DNA of 64,000 nt, taken from positions 806,001 to 870,000 of the forward strand of contig NC_043012.1 of NCBI RefSeq assembly GCF_006345805.1. The letters are read 5' to 3'. Positions 1 to 13,977 of the stretch are shown here, piece by piece. The stretch comes from Octopus sinensis. Lineage: Eukaryota. Numbering within the stretch: position 1 is the stretch's first letter; every line of letters begins with the position of its first letter. The translations under genes were made by a program, and so were the position numbers. Under the pieces are notes generated by a model that was not told the DNA's origin, made no database searches, and saw only the letters and a list, made by a program, of their open reading frames with translations.

Positions 1-158
1 TTGCTTCTCTGAGTTTCACCTGTTGGGGCACAGGATGTTCACACAATTTGTGTCACAATTTACCTGAAAATCCTAAGTGCCAACAGGTGAAACAGAGAGT
101 AACAAGAGGCTGATTTCACCAAAATAAAATACACATATATATATACACATATATATAT

Positions 159-222
<64 letters not shown>

Positions 223-226
<4 letters not shown>

Positions 227-446
227 TTTTATTCTTTTACTTGTTTCAGACATTTGACTGTGGCCAAGCTGGAGCACAGCCTTTAGTCAAACAAATCGAT
301 CCCAGGACTTATTCTTTGTTAATCTAGTATTTATTCTATTGATCTCTTTTGCTGAACTGCTATGTTATGGGATGTGAACACGCCAGTATCAGTTGTCATG
401 CGATGATGGGGTGACAAACACAGACACACAAATACACACACACACA

Positions 447-492
<46 letters not shown>

Positions 493-654
493 GATGAGCT
501 TGTTTCATTTTCTGTCTAACAGATCCACTCTCAAGATTTTGGTCAACCTGAGGCTATAGAAGAAGATACTTGCACTGGGTACCACACAGTGAGACTCAAC
601 CCAGAACCATGTGGTTGGGAAGTAAGGTTCTTACCACACACATGCCTGCACCTA
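223..654 (-). mobile_element. SINE family A (tRNA-derived, CORE-like), diverged copy
   Basis: Matches the younger copies at 33748 and 37373 along its length. Confidence 0.8.
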
Positions 655-789
655 TATATATATATATGTACTAGCTGTTTTTTCTGGTTTCACCCGGGGT
701 AGTTTGGTTGATGTTGCTGTAAAACCTGTTATCTTCTAAATATTCAAACACTAAAAATAAAGGTTAAAAAAGACAAAATATTTTCTGAC

Positions 790-1025
790 TGGTCCTTGTG
801 CCGGCGACATGTAAAAGCACCCACTACACACTCAGAGTGGTTGGCATTAGGAAGGGCATCCAGGTGTAGAAACTTTGCCAGATCAGACTGGAGCTTGGTG
901 TAGCCTTCTGGCTCGCCAGTCCTCAGTCAAACCGTCCAACCCATGCCAGCATGAAAAGCGGACATTAAACAACGACAACGACGACAATGACGATGATGAT
1001 GTTGATGATGATAGTGATGATGATG
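790..1025 (+). mobile_element. Retroposon 3' fragment with RTE-like tail and (GAT)n end
   Basis: TGGCATTAGGAAGGGCATCCAG...CCAACCCATGCCAGCATG...(GAT)n. Related copies at 1436-1602, 2697-2863, 59050-59400 (-), 61405-61688. Confidence 0.7.
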
Positions 1026-1026
1026 A

Positions 1027-1074
<48 letters not shown>

Positions 1075-1078
<4 letters not shown>

Positions 1079-1363
1079 AATTGCAGTGTGGAAGGTGTGT
1101 ATAAGCCATTTAAGAAACATACAAAAACCGTTAGATTCACTTCAACATTTATATTTAAATTGCCAAAATATTTTCGTCACTTTGAGACCGCGACCTGTTC
1201 ACTGACAAAATTCCGGGCTGCATGGAATTTTGTCAGTGAACAGGTCCTGGTTTCAAAGCTATGAAAATGTTTTAGCAAATTAAATTTAAATGTTGAAGTG
1301 AATCTAACGGTTTTTGTGTGTTTCTTAAATGACTTATAAACACCTTAAACGCTGCAATTGTTT
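1075..1363. repeat. 140-bp imperfect inverted repeat with 9-nt loop (second copy at 2336-2624)
   Basis: 1075-1214 vs 1224-1363, e.g. CAAAAACCGTTAGATTCACTTCAACATTT / AAATGTTGAAGTGAATCTAACGGTTTTTG. Confidence 0.9.
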
Positions 1364-3559
1364 TCGTTCCAGCACACGATCTCAGATCAGGTCACTTGCT
1401 ATGCAAGTACATCTCCGTGATATATATATATATGTATACTCACGGAGTGGTTGGCGTTAGGAAGGGCATCCAGCCGTAGAAACACTGCCAGATCAGACTG
1501 GGCCTGATGAAGCCTTCCAGCTTCACAGACCCCAGTTGAACCGTCCAACCCATGCTAGCATGGAAAGCGGACGGTAAATGGTGATGATGATGATGATGAT
1601 GATATATATATATATAGTGAGTTTGTATTAATTAGTGCTTAGGGTGTTGCACTCGTCATCATAAAATTGTGGATTCTATTCCTGGACCAGTTTTGTGCAT
1701 TGCGTTCTTGAGCAAAACACTTCACCTCACATGGGTCTGTGATCACTTTGACATCTGATGAGAGGCACACTTGAGCACCTGTACATGCAATGTCGATTTG
1801 ATTGAGAGAGTGAGATTACGGAAAGCACAAACATCTGATCATTAAGAACAAATCATTTGTGCAGGTCGGCCAGCATGAAATCGCAGAGCCTTCATCTGTC
1901 ATCTATGAGAAGAGAGTCCATGATACATGCACACACACAAACATACACACACATGCACACATGCAAACACACGCATACACACGTGCACACAAGCATGCAC
2001 ATGCACACACATGAATAGAATAATATCTGCTTACTGCTCAATGTCATTATAAAGGGAGGAGTGTTTACTTGCATTTGTCTCTAGCCATTGAACTAATTTT
2101 CAAAGACTATTCTATGGGAGTGTATGAAATGGTGGTGATTAATACACCTTCATACAAACATACATACATGCAAATATACATATATATATATATATATGAG
2201 TGTGTGTGTGTATGTATGCATATATACACACACATATATCTAATAGTCTATGTACATATTTACATTTGTTTGAGTAATGTATGCATGTGTGCATGCGAAT
2301 ATGTGTGTATATATATATAATATATATATATATATAAACAATTGCAGTGTGGAAGGTGTGTATAAGCCATTTAAGAAACATACAAAAACCGTTAGATTCA
2401 CTTCAACATTTATATTTAAATTGCCAAAATATTTTCGTCACTTTGAGACCGCGACCTGTTCACTGACAAAATTCCGGGCTGCATGGAATTTTGTCAGTGA
2501 ACAGGTCCTGGTTTCAAAGCTATGAAAATGTTTTAGCAAATTAAATTTAAATGTTGAAGTGAATCTAACGGTTTTTGTGTGTTTCTTAAATGACTTATAA
2601 ACACCTTAAACGCTGCAATTGTTTTCGTTCCAGCACACGATCTCAGATCAGGTCACTTGCTATGCAAGTACATCTCCGTGATATATATATATATGTATAC
2701 TCACGGAGTGGTTGGCGTTAGGAAGGGCATCCAGCCGTAGAAACACTGCCAGATCAGACTGGGCCTGATGAAGCCTTCCAGCTTCACAGACCCCAGTTGA
2801 ACCGTCCAACCCATGCTAGCATGGAAAGCGGACGGTAAATGGTGATGATGATGATGATGATGATATATATATATATAGTGAGTTTGTATTAATTAGTGCT
2901 TAGGGTGTTGCACTCGTCATCATAAAATTGTGGATTCTATTCCTGGACCAGTTTTGTGCATTGCGTTCTTGAGCAAAACACTTCACCTCACATGGGTCTG
3001 TGATCACTTTGACATCTGATGAGAGGCACACTTGAGCACCTGTACATGCAATGTCGATTTGATTGAGAGAGTGAGATTACGGAAAGCACAAACATCTGAT
3101 CATTAAGAACAAATCATTTGTGCAGGTCGGCCAGCATGAAATCGCAGAGCCTTCATCTGTCATCTATGAGAAGAGAGTCCATGATACATGCACACACACA
3201 AACATACACACACATGCACACATGCAAACACACGCATACACACGTGCACACAAGCATGCACATGCACACACATGAATAGAATAATATCTGCTTACTGCTC
3301 AATGTCATTATAAAGGGAGGAGTGTTTACTTGCATTGTCTCTAGCCATTGAACTAATTTTCAAAGACTATTCTATGGGAGTGTATGAAATGGTGGTGATT
3401 AATACACCTTCATACAAACATACATACATGCAAATATACATATATATATATATATATGAGTGTGTGTGTGTATGTATGCATATATACACACACATATATC
3501 TAATAGTCTATGTACATATTTACATTTGTTTGAGTTAATGTATGCATGTGTGCATGCGA

Positions 3560-3590
<31 letters not shown>
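1075..3590 (+). repeat. Near-identical direct tandem duplication, 1261-bp unit
   Basis: 1075-2335 is repeated at 2336-~3590. Two 1-nt indels were seen. Junctions lie in (TA)n. Confidence 0.95.
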
Positions 3591-3600
<10 letters not shown>

Positions 3601-3683
3601 CATACATACGCACACACATATTTCATACATCCATAAGCACAGCCCACTCAATAATTGTTTTGTTTTTTCATATTGCTATATAC

Positions 3684-3734
<51 letters not shown>

Positions 3735-3736
3735 CA

Positions 3737-3787
<51 letters not shown>

Positions 3788-3855
3788 GTATATACATATA
3801 CATACATATATATAAATATATGTCTGTGCATACATTTATACACACACACACACAC

Positions 3856-3931
<76 letters not shown>

Positions 3932-4241
3932 TCACACACATATATACAACCATTAGCATATAAGTGTGCATACCCAGGACAAACATTGCATGGTAAAGCA
4001 TGTCAGGGTATCACATACAAAATGAAGTGAAATGTGTTTTCTGCTTGCGTTAAGTTGATGCATGCTATTTCTGCGTTTGTTTTACATACCTCGTTTTTGT
4101 TTACCATGTTGATTTTTCTCCTCCACAGCATTGCTGTTCCATATTTGTACTTACCTACCTGCCTACCGACCAGCCTACCTACCTACCCTATCTACTAAAC
4201 CACCCTCTCTCTCTCTCTCTCTCTCTCTTCTTTATCTCACA

Positions 4242-4279
<38 letters not shown>

Positions 4280-4799
4280 CCAATCCATGTGTTGTTGTTT
4301 CCTAGGTGATAAAAACTGAATTAAGTAATTAATTTCTTTATACTCGTCTGACTCTCAAACGTGTGTTCAGTGGTGTCGGAGACGTTTGGTCTTTAGTGTC
4401 GGTGTGGTCGTGATGGTGATGGCCATGGTTAGTGGGCAGGCAGCAGTGGCCAAGAGGGTGCTGTGTGTGTATGCATGCACACACACACACACGTGTGTAT
4501 GTGTGTGTGATTCTATATAAGAAAGAAATGTCAGCTTTCTTTTACAACTGCAATTCACTTCTCATCATCAAAAGACAAGTATTATGTCTTTTGTCAGCGC
4601 CAAACAAACGCTACATCTAGAACATTCTATAAATAAAATCCACGATGGAAGAAAATACTGTGCTTATTCAACTGTAGTTTTTTTTATTGTTCTTTTCTAC
4701 AAGAATCTACTTTCATAACCATCATCATCATCATCATCATCATTATTATTACTAGTATTGTTTTATTATTATTATTATTATTATATTATTATTATTATT

Positions 4800-5354
4800 G
4801 AGTGTGAGAGCAGTGCATGCCATCAAAGTGACACTGGGGTAAAATATACGAAGCCCAGTATACCCATCATCACTACCCGTCTGATAAGGGTACACTAGGC
4901 ACATGCATCACAATCACATGTGCGCGACATGGTGATCTCATATCAAGATAAACAGCACATGACCTTGCAGGTGGGGCCCAGTTCGAATTTTCTTCAGGTC
5001 GAGTAACCCATCCCGCTCAAAAGGTCACTGAATAAGGGTTGTTTAAGGATGTTGAACGAAACACCCATGTTTCCAGAGGTGAATAATTCAAACCCCAAAG
5101 AATCCCTCTCAACACATGGTTATGATGCTCCCCCATTACTTCTGCTCGTGATCAGAGATGCACATGTCGTCAACCACTAAGGGACATGCTCAACTGGTTT
5201 AAGGTCAAACAACCAACAAGCAAATCTGTGGTATTGAGCAGAATATTTGCTGTAGCCCATCTTTTGTACCAAGACAAAACAATGTACATGATAACACTTA
5301 CAATCAGTTAAGATCAGAAGGCACAAGAGCCACAGCCTGGTACTGCATCAGGGC

Positions 5355-5357
<3 letters not shown>
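4800..5357. other. ~550-bp non-microsatellite block embedded in an (ATT)n tract, probably an unclassified repeat
   Basis: (ATT)n on both sides and a composition shift. Only one copy in this window. Confidence 0.35.
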
Positions 5358-5399
<42 letters not shown>

Positions 5400-5400
<1 letters not shown>

Positions 5401-5600
5401 AAGGTGGTGAGCTGACAGAATCGTTAGCCTGCCGGGCGAAATGCTTAGCACTATTTTGTCTGTTGCTACGTTCTGAGTTCAAATTCCACCGAGGTTGACT
5501 TCACCTTTCATCCTTTTGGTGTTGATCAACACTGGACTCAGTGTAATCGTCTATACCCACCACTCCAAATTTCAAGCCTTATGCCTTTAATAGACACGAT
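5400..5600 (+). mobile_element. SINE family B, diverged
   Basis: AAGGTGGTGAGCTGACAGAATCGTTAGC head and Meta-like core. Confidence 0.75.
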
Positions 5601-5636
<36 letters not shown>

Positions 5637-5660
5637 TTATATTATTATTATTATTATTAT

Positions 5661-5890
5661 TCTTTAACTCTCTTTTACTTGTTTCAGTTATTTGACTGTG
5701 ACCATGCTGGAGCACTGCCTTTAGTTGAGCACATCGACCCCAGGACTTATTCTTTATAAGCCTAGTACTTATTCTATCATTCCCTTTTGCTGAGCCACTA
5801 AGTTACAGGGATGTAAACACACCAGCATTAGTTGTCAAGCAATGTTGGAGAAACAAACAAACACAGACACACAGACATATACAGGCACAT

Positions 5891-5923
<33 letters not shown>

Positions 5924-6075
5924 CAATGGGCTTCTTTCAGTTTCCGTCTACCAAATCCACTCGCAAGGCTTTGGTTGGCCCGAGGCTATACTAGAAGACA
6001 CTTGCCCAAGGTGCTATGCAGTGGGACTGAACCCGGAACTATGTATTTCATAAGCAATCTACTTACCACACAGGC
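5661..6075 (-). mobile_element. SINE family A
   Basis: Family tail TTACTTGTTTCAG..., internal (CA)(TA) tract, CORE-like CACTTGCCCAAGGTG. Confidence 0.85.
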
Positions 6076-6460
6076 ATTGCAGATGAAGTATGATGATAAT
6101 GCTGCTTCCATTGCTATTGATTATTTTAAATAAGCCCCCTGGTTTTCTTCAGCACCAGTGCCTTCAATAAGTACTGAGATTCTATATATTGTTGATGGGA
6201 GGTTTGGCTGTTAATGCATTCTTGGACATCTGTAACTGATGAACCCATAGCAGGGTGAAATTACATGACATGCTAGCTCCGGTGGACTTAGCAGACGTTT
6301 CTTATCTGTCAATGATATAACTATGTGTGCTTTTATGCACTACCAGTCCTTATGAGTAATCCTCTCTTAGTAAATAATGCTGTAATTTGTGTACTAACAC
6401 AACCTCCACATTAAGGTGGAGATCAGGATTGCCTTTTAATATATATATATATATATATAT

Positions 6461-6868
6461 TAGGTGCAGGCATGACTGTGTGATAAGAAGTTTGCTTCCC
6501 AATCACATAGTTCTGGGTTCAGTCTCACTGTGTGGCACCTTGGGCAAGTATCTTCAATCATAGCTTCGAGCTGACCAAAACCTTGTGAGTGGATTTGGTA
6601 GACAGAAACTGAAAGAAGCACATCATGTACATGTCTATATGTATATATACCTATGTGTCTCTTTGTGTCTTTGTCTGTCCACCCCCACGACAGCTTGACA
6701 GCCAGTGTTGGTGTGTTTATGTCCCCATAACTTAGCAATTCAGCAAAAGCGTATAAGTACTAGGTTTAAAAAAACAAGTCCTAGGGTCAATTTGTTTGAC
6801 TAAAACCCTTCAATGCCGTGCCCCAGCATGGCCAGAGTCAAATGACTGAAACAAGTAAAAGATAAGAG
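6461..6868 (+). mobile_element. SINE family A
   Basis: TAGGTGCAGG head, CCTTGGGCAAG core, GACTGAAACAAGTAAAAG tail. Confidence 0.85.
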
Positions 6869-7076
6869 GTGAAATATATATATATATATATATAAGATGA
6901 TTGACTGCTAAATCCACAAGCTTTTTTATTCTCTCAGTTTATTTCCTTCTGTTCCTAGCTGTTGAAGAGCGTAGGCTCAAAACATAAAAGACTTTCTCAC
7001 TTTCCTGAGTGTCAAACTAATATACCTACTTGTTGTTTATACACCTGTCTTCGTCTTTTCCTGTAAATTTCAACTA

Positions 7077-7306
7077 TATATATATATATATATATATATA
7101 TGCATGTATATTATAGTGTATATATATATATGCATGTGTATATATATATATATATATATATGCATGTGTATATATATATATATATATATGTATGTATACA
7201 TATGTATATATATATATTATATGTATGTATACAATTTATATATTATATATGTATATATGTATATTATATATATACATTTTTATATATATATATATATATA
7301 TAATTA

Positions 7307-7341
<35 letters not shown>

Positions 7342-7453
7342 ATATATAGACATATGTATATATATATATCTATATATATCTATATATATGTAATATATAA
7401 TATAATATATATATCTATATATAATATATACATAGATATCTATATATATCTAT

Positions 7454-7484
<31 letters not shown>

Positions 7485-8204
7485 TATATATATACATATA
7501 TATATATATATATCTGTATATCTATACATATATATCTATCTATATATGTGTATAATCTATACCTATATATCTATCTATATATATCTCTATATCCATATAT
7601 ATATATATATTCTCATATATAATTCTATATATATGTATGTATATATATATATCTATATATATCTCTATTTGTATATATCTATATATATCTTATATATATC
7701 TATTACATTATATATATATATATATATATATTATAATATTATCTATATATATATATATATATATATACATTATATCTATATATATATATATATATATATG
7801 TATACTATATATATAATATACTTATAATATATCTATATATATATCTACATATCTATTATCTATATATCTAATATATACAATATATATCGATATATAATAT
7901 CTATATATCACATCTATATAGATATTATCTATCTGTATATTATATATATAACATATATAATCTATATATATATATGTATATATATACATATATTGTATAA
8001 TATACTATATGTCTATATATCCTAGATAATATATCTCTATATATATATGTATATATATCCATATAGATCTATATACATATATATATATATAATGCAATAT
8101 ATTATATATCTATCTATATATCGATATATACATATTATTATATAATATATATATATATATAGCTATATATATAACATTATATATATATATATATATATAT
8201 ACAT

Positions 8205-8244
<40 letters not shown>

Positions 8245-8429
8245 CATATATATAATATATATATATACATATATATATTATATATATAGATATATAATAA
8301 TATACATATATATATATTACAACATATATATATATATATACATACATATCTATATATATATATACTATACATATATATCTATATATCATACATATATACA
8401 TACATATACATACATATATATATACATAC

Positions 8430-8475
<46 letters not shown>

Positions 8476-8568
8476 CATATATATATACATATATATATAT
8501 AATAAGATATATATATATATACATACATATATATATACATATATATATACATATCTATATACATATAT

Positions 8569-8610
<42 letters not shown>

Positions 8611-8622
8611 GTATATATATAT
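7077..8622. repeat. ~1.5-kb degenerate (TA)n satellite
   Basis: Almost pure TA with scattered interruptions. Confidence 0.97.
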
Positions 8623-8939
8623 GAGTAAAAACCAGCTTCTTTAAGTTCCTGTCTTTCAAATCTACTCACAGGTTTATTGCAGGTAGACAATACACATTGT
8701 CTTCAATATTTTATCAGGGTATATTCTATTACACTTCAGTATTTATGTAAGGTATATGAGAGGTGGTTTTTCTTGTATAATGTGTATGGGTGATGGTGGT
8801 AGTAGCAGTGGTGGTTGTGACAGCAGCAGTGGAGGTGATGTTGGTTTTGATGCTGGTAATGCTGATGGTGTGGGGAAACACAAAGAAACAGCCCTTTGTT
8901 GCATCAAAAATAAAATTCCCTTAACAGAAAATGCATAAT

Positions 8940-9605
8940 GTGTCAAATTCCACTGAGGTCATTTTTGCTTTTCATCCTTTTGGGGTCGATATAATAAGTA
9001 CCAGTTGTGTACTGGGGTTGATGTAATTGACTTAATTCCCACCCATAAAATTGCTGGCCTTGTGCCAAAATATGAACCCAATATTTAATGTATGTTTTTC
9101 TTAACTGAACCCACCAGACTAGCAACATCTGTTATTTTAATACTTGATTTTAAGGCAGTGAGCTGCTAGAATCATTAGCACGTCGAGCAAAATGCTTAGC
9201 GGTATTTCATCTGTCTTTACAATCTGAGCTCAAATTCTGACAAAGTCAACTTTGCCTTTCATCCTTTCGGGGTCGATAAATTAAATACCAGTTGTGTATT
9301 TGGGGTCAGTCTAATAGGCTGGTCCCTTCTCCCCAAATTTCAGGCCTTGCACCTATTGTAGAAAGGATTATTGTAATTGAATTTAAGGTAGATAGCTGGC
9401 AGAATTGTTAGCATGTTGGACAAAAGAGTTTAGCACCGTTTCATCCGTCTTTACACTCAGAGTTTAAATTTCACCAAGGATGACTTTGCCTTTAAACTTT
9501 TCGGGGTCGAAAAATTAAATCCCAGTGAAACACTGGGGTTGATGTAATCAACTGGTCCCATTCACCAACATTTCAGGCCTTGAGCCTTAAGTAGAATGGA
9601 TTACT
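8940..9605 (+). mobile_element. Three consecutive diverged family-B SINE copies
   Basis: TTTCATCCTTT(C)GGGGTCGA-type motif near 8970, 9255 and 9490. Confidence 0.75.
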
Positions 9606-10563
9606 ATACTTGATCTTAAACCTTTCATTTTTTGAGGAAAAATACTCTTTTTTTCACTTCAATTAATTAATAAAGTAATGAAGAATTTTCTAAAATAAAT
9701 TTTTGGAAATATTAATTAACATGAAATTTGGATGGAAGATTTTAATTTAGATCACTTTAAGTCACTGGAGACTATCCTGCTTCTATGATATAAACTTCCT
9801 ATTTTAAAGAGATGTAAATTTTAAAAATTCCAAGAAAATTCATGTCAATTTATTTTATATTCCAAACACCAGTTTAATATTCACAAAATTATTTTATTAA
9901 GTTATTTATTATTTTCAAAATAAAATTAAACAAAAGCAGTATACTTCTGTAGAAATATTCTTTTCTACTCTAGGCAAAAGGCCCAACATTTTTGAGGTGC
10001 AGGCCAGTCAATCAGATCCGTTTGTCTGTCCTTGTTTGTCCCCTCTATGTTTAGCCCCTTGTGGGCAATAAAGAAACAAATATTTAAATTGGGATCTACA
10101 GTGAGACCTCAAAGTGGTTGTTCTCAGCTAACTCTGTAGAGGTTCCCCTGGGGGTTCTAGTCTGCTTCAGAGGGTCTGTGTATGGTTGCCCAAGGCTACT
10201 CTACAAGGCTGTCTGAGACAGCCACAATATGATTGCTAGGGAGGGCTTCTGTGTGGTTGCCAGACAGAAATTATACAAGGCTGTCTAAGGAAGCACCTAC
10301 ATGGTTGCCTGAGGTGCTTCTGTGTGGTTGCCCGAGGGCACCTCAACATGGCTGTCTGAAAGAGCTTCATCATAGTTGCCTGGGAGAGCCTGGGAGAGCC
10401 TGGGAGAGCCTGTGTGGTTGCCTGTGAGGGCCTGTACATGATCATCTGAGTTCAACCTGAAGCAAACAGTTGACAACAGATATAAGAACAGCTATCAATT
10501 TGATCCTCTTGCAAGTACTCAGATAACCAACCAATCTGGTAAAACGTCCAGGAACATTATTTT

Positions 10564-10987
10564 CTTACTCTTTTACTCTTTTATTCTTTTATTTCTTTCA
10601 GTCATGTGACTGTGGCCAGGCTGGAGCACCATATTTTAGTCGAGCAAATCAACCTCAGGACTTATTCTTTGTAAGCCTAGTATTTATTCTATCGATCTCT
10701 TTTGCCAAACTGCTAAGTTACGGGGATGTAAACACACCAGCATCGGTTGTCAAGTGATGTTGTGGGGACAAGAATAGACACACAAACATATACACACACA
10801 TACATATATATATACATATATACGATGAGCTTTTTTCAGTTTCCGTCTACCAAATCCACTCACAAGTCTTTGGTTGACCCGAGGCTATAGTAGAAGACAC
10901 TTGCCCAAGGTGCCACGCAGTGGGACTGAACCCGGAACCATGTGGTTGGTAAGCAAGCTACTTACCACACAGCCACTCCTATGCCTA
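10564..10987 (-). mobile_element. SINE family A
   Basis: Full-length match to family consensus. Confidence 0.88.
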
Positions 10988-11340
10988 CACTTACCTCACA
11001 GCCACTCAAAATTCATTCATTTAAAGAAAGAGGCTTCATTGTATGAATTTTATTTTCAATTAAACACTAAAATGAATTAAAAGCCTATAGAAATTTACAT
11101 GACATTCAGGAAAGTAAAATTAACGTTACAAACTCAACTACTACAATTACATATCAGTGGAAGCAATATTGTCCTTCTCTTGCAGAAGTGTTGCAAATAT
11201 GGAATATTAGAATCTGGGATTAGTGATTTTACTGGCTAAGGTACTCGTCACTGTTCTATAAGGACCAATAGTAGGCTCTACAATTTCAGCTGAAAAGAAA
11301 ACAAAGTCTTTCTAAATTTTGATATCTTTCTATTTATTTA

Positions 11341-11569
11341 CTCTATTACTCTAACTCTTTTACTTGTTTCAGTCATTTGACTCTGGCCATGCTGGAGCAC
11401 CACCTTTAGTCGAGCAAACCGACCCCAGGACTTATTCTTTGGAAGCCTAGTACTTATTCTATTGGTCTCTTCTGATGAACCGCTACGTTACAGGGATGTA
11501 AACACACCACCATTGGTTGTCAAGTGATGTTGGGGGGACAAACACAGACGCACAAACATATACACAAAT

Positions 11570-11622
<53 letters not shown>

Positions 11623-11760
11623 CATACATATATACGATGGGCTTCTTTCAGTTTCTCTACCAAATCCACTCACAAGGAGACACTTACCCAAGGTGTAACA
11701 CAGTGGGTCTGAACCCCAAACCATGTAGTTGGTAAGCAAGCTACTTATCACAAAGCCACT
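11341..11760 (-). mobile_element. SINE family A (small internal deletion)
   Basis: Match to family consensus. Confidence 0.85.
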
Positions 11761-12799
11761 TTAAGGATGAAAGGCGAAGTCAACTTCAGCAGAATTTGAG
11801 TTCAGAACATAAGGACAGATGAAATGCTGTCAAGCATTCTGCCTGGCACAGTAACAATTCTGCCAGCTTGCCACCATGTTTTTTTTTGAATAATAATATT
11901 AATTTGCAAATATGACCACATATTTGCCACTTTTTTCTTTTTTACTTTTTGCATGATGATCTTAAATCTTCAATTTTTCTAGGTGTGATAATTAACAAAT
12001 GTCTACTCTATTAATTAGCACATTATCACTATTAATTAGTACTCTATGATTGGCTGACAGTCTGTTGGACTTACTGACTGTTAGCTGGTTGTGAACAAAA
12101 GGTAAGATAGCCCATTCTGTATGGAGGTGGGCGGGCGGGTGGGATATAATTTCTGTTTTACAAATATGGTAACGCAGTGCAAAGAACCAATTTGTTAAAA
12201 ACATACAAGCAAAACATTCAACCTATTTGTACATTGCCTCCATTTCTTTGAACAATAACAACAACAGCAGCAACAACAACAACAACAACAACATCAAGAT
12301 CATCAACAACAACAATTAAATCGTTGTTATAAAGAGGGAAAGGTAGCACAGTGATGAATGCTTTCTCAGTGAGTGTTATGATCAAGCCCAGCTTCATTAG
12401 CAATTAATTGATTGCTTAATTTCATTAAACACCATTTCACAATGTTTTAACAGTTTCACCAAGATGTAAAAGTGTGATAGACTGTTGACATACAAACTAA
12501 ATGGGAAATTAGATTTTGGTTCTATTTTACAGCATTTAGTCTTATTCCACTTGCTATGCTCACATTGATAGGGATAATGGAATTTTTGATGAGAGTTATG
12601 TCTGAATAGAAGGCAGGAAAATCACCAGAGGTAGGTCTTTGATCATTGGTCTGCTTACTCAAAACAGACATTAATTTATACAATAAGTATGCCCCCAAAA
12701 AGGGGAATGGCATAGTTTGAATGTCTTTGATCTATGTCTGCTAGGTCCAGAGTGATCTTGAGCTAAAATCTACAAAGACAACATTCCATAAATTGCGTT

Positions 12800-13254
12800 A
12801 ATATTAACTAACGCAAGACTTTATCCATTAACAATGGAACCAAAGGTGAAAAAATGTGGTCGGCCTAACTGGCACATGCCCCCACCTAATTGATGGTACA
12901 GAGTTCCACTTTAAACAAGGGGAAATATTTAAGATTAAATCAAATTTCACCTGTACCTCGGAAAACCTAATCTATGCCATTACATGCTTAGGGTGTGGTA
13001 ATCATTATATTGGCCATACAGGAATATCACTCCGTCGAAGAACCAATCTTCACAAAGAACAAATTCGACACCCACAATATAGACAGATACAAGTCAGTGA
13101 ACACATAGATAGGTGTGCTAGGAACCTTAATCCTAATTTCCTAATTTTCCCTTTCTATCAATGTTCACAGAGCACCTCAGTACAGCAAAGAATGAATAAA
13201 GAAGCAACTTGCATCAATAAATATCATTCACAACTTTACATGAACACAACATAA
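12800..13254 (+). pseudogene. Penelope-like element GIY-YIG endonuclease fragment (5'-truncated)
   Basis: KKCGRPN(C)GTCPHL (one frameshift near 12870), then FTCTSENLIYAITCLGCGNHYIGHT...H...VSEH. This is the Cys/His motif plus GIY-YIG core of PLEs. The downstream non-coding part runs to (TA)n at about 13680. Confidence 0.85.
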
Positions 13255-13675
13255 TACAGAACACTATTAACCTTACCAATAATACCACTAACACCCATAC
13301 ATTCCTTACACCATTCATATTACAGTATTATATCGACCCTAGTTGGACTACGTCCAGGACTACTTACCTCCCTTCCATAATCTTTTTACTCAGGGACTAG
13401 TTGACCCGACACCGTTTGATAATCGGTGCACATTCAAAGCCAGTGAACAGCAAAGACGACACTTGTTTGATTTTGAATCTCTTTAACAATTCAAAATAAT
13501 GAATTTAATTCCTCTTAATTCTACCTCCGTTCATCTAATTTTATTTATTTATCGCTACTTTTCATAAAAGAAGCCTTTTATTTTTTATATTCAATGTGCA
13601 TTTTCACTTTTTTCTCCTTACTTTCCCCATATCATTTCCACTTGTAGTTTCTATTTTCTTTTTGAAACATATTTC

Positions 13676-13735
<60 letters not shown>

Positions 13736-13871
13736 TATCAAAATATAAGAGGAGATTGTCATGTCTGGAATGTTATTAATCATAGATACACAAATAAATC
13801 ATAGGTGATTAACAAGAATATATATAAACCCTTTTGTCTCCATAAAAAGAGGTAAAATATTTTTCTTGTCG

Positions 13872-13925
<54 letters not shown>

Positions 13926-13942
13926 ATATACAACAAGAAATA

Positions 13943-13977
<35 letters not shown>

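Noticed and set aside
875-1264. 129-aa ORF with an Asp-rich tract
   Set aside because: Reads across a retroposon tail, (GAT)n, (TA)n and a hairpin repeat.
3542-4030. Long ORFs of YI/HT/VC/MY repeats here and at 7192-7827, 46433-47179, 47336-47959 and elsewhere
   Set aside because: Translations of microsatellites that lack stop codons; no coding evidence.
10180-10430. GC-richer block with recurring TGGTTGCC and (TGGGAGAGCC)3
   Set aside because: Looks like a degenerate minisatellite; its ORFs are low-complexity and unrecognisable.
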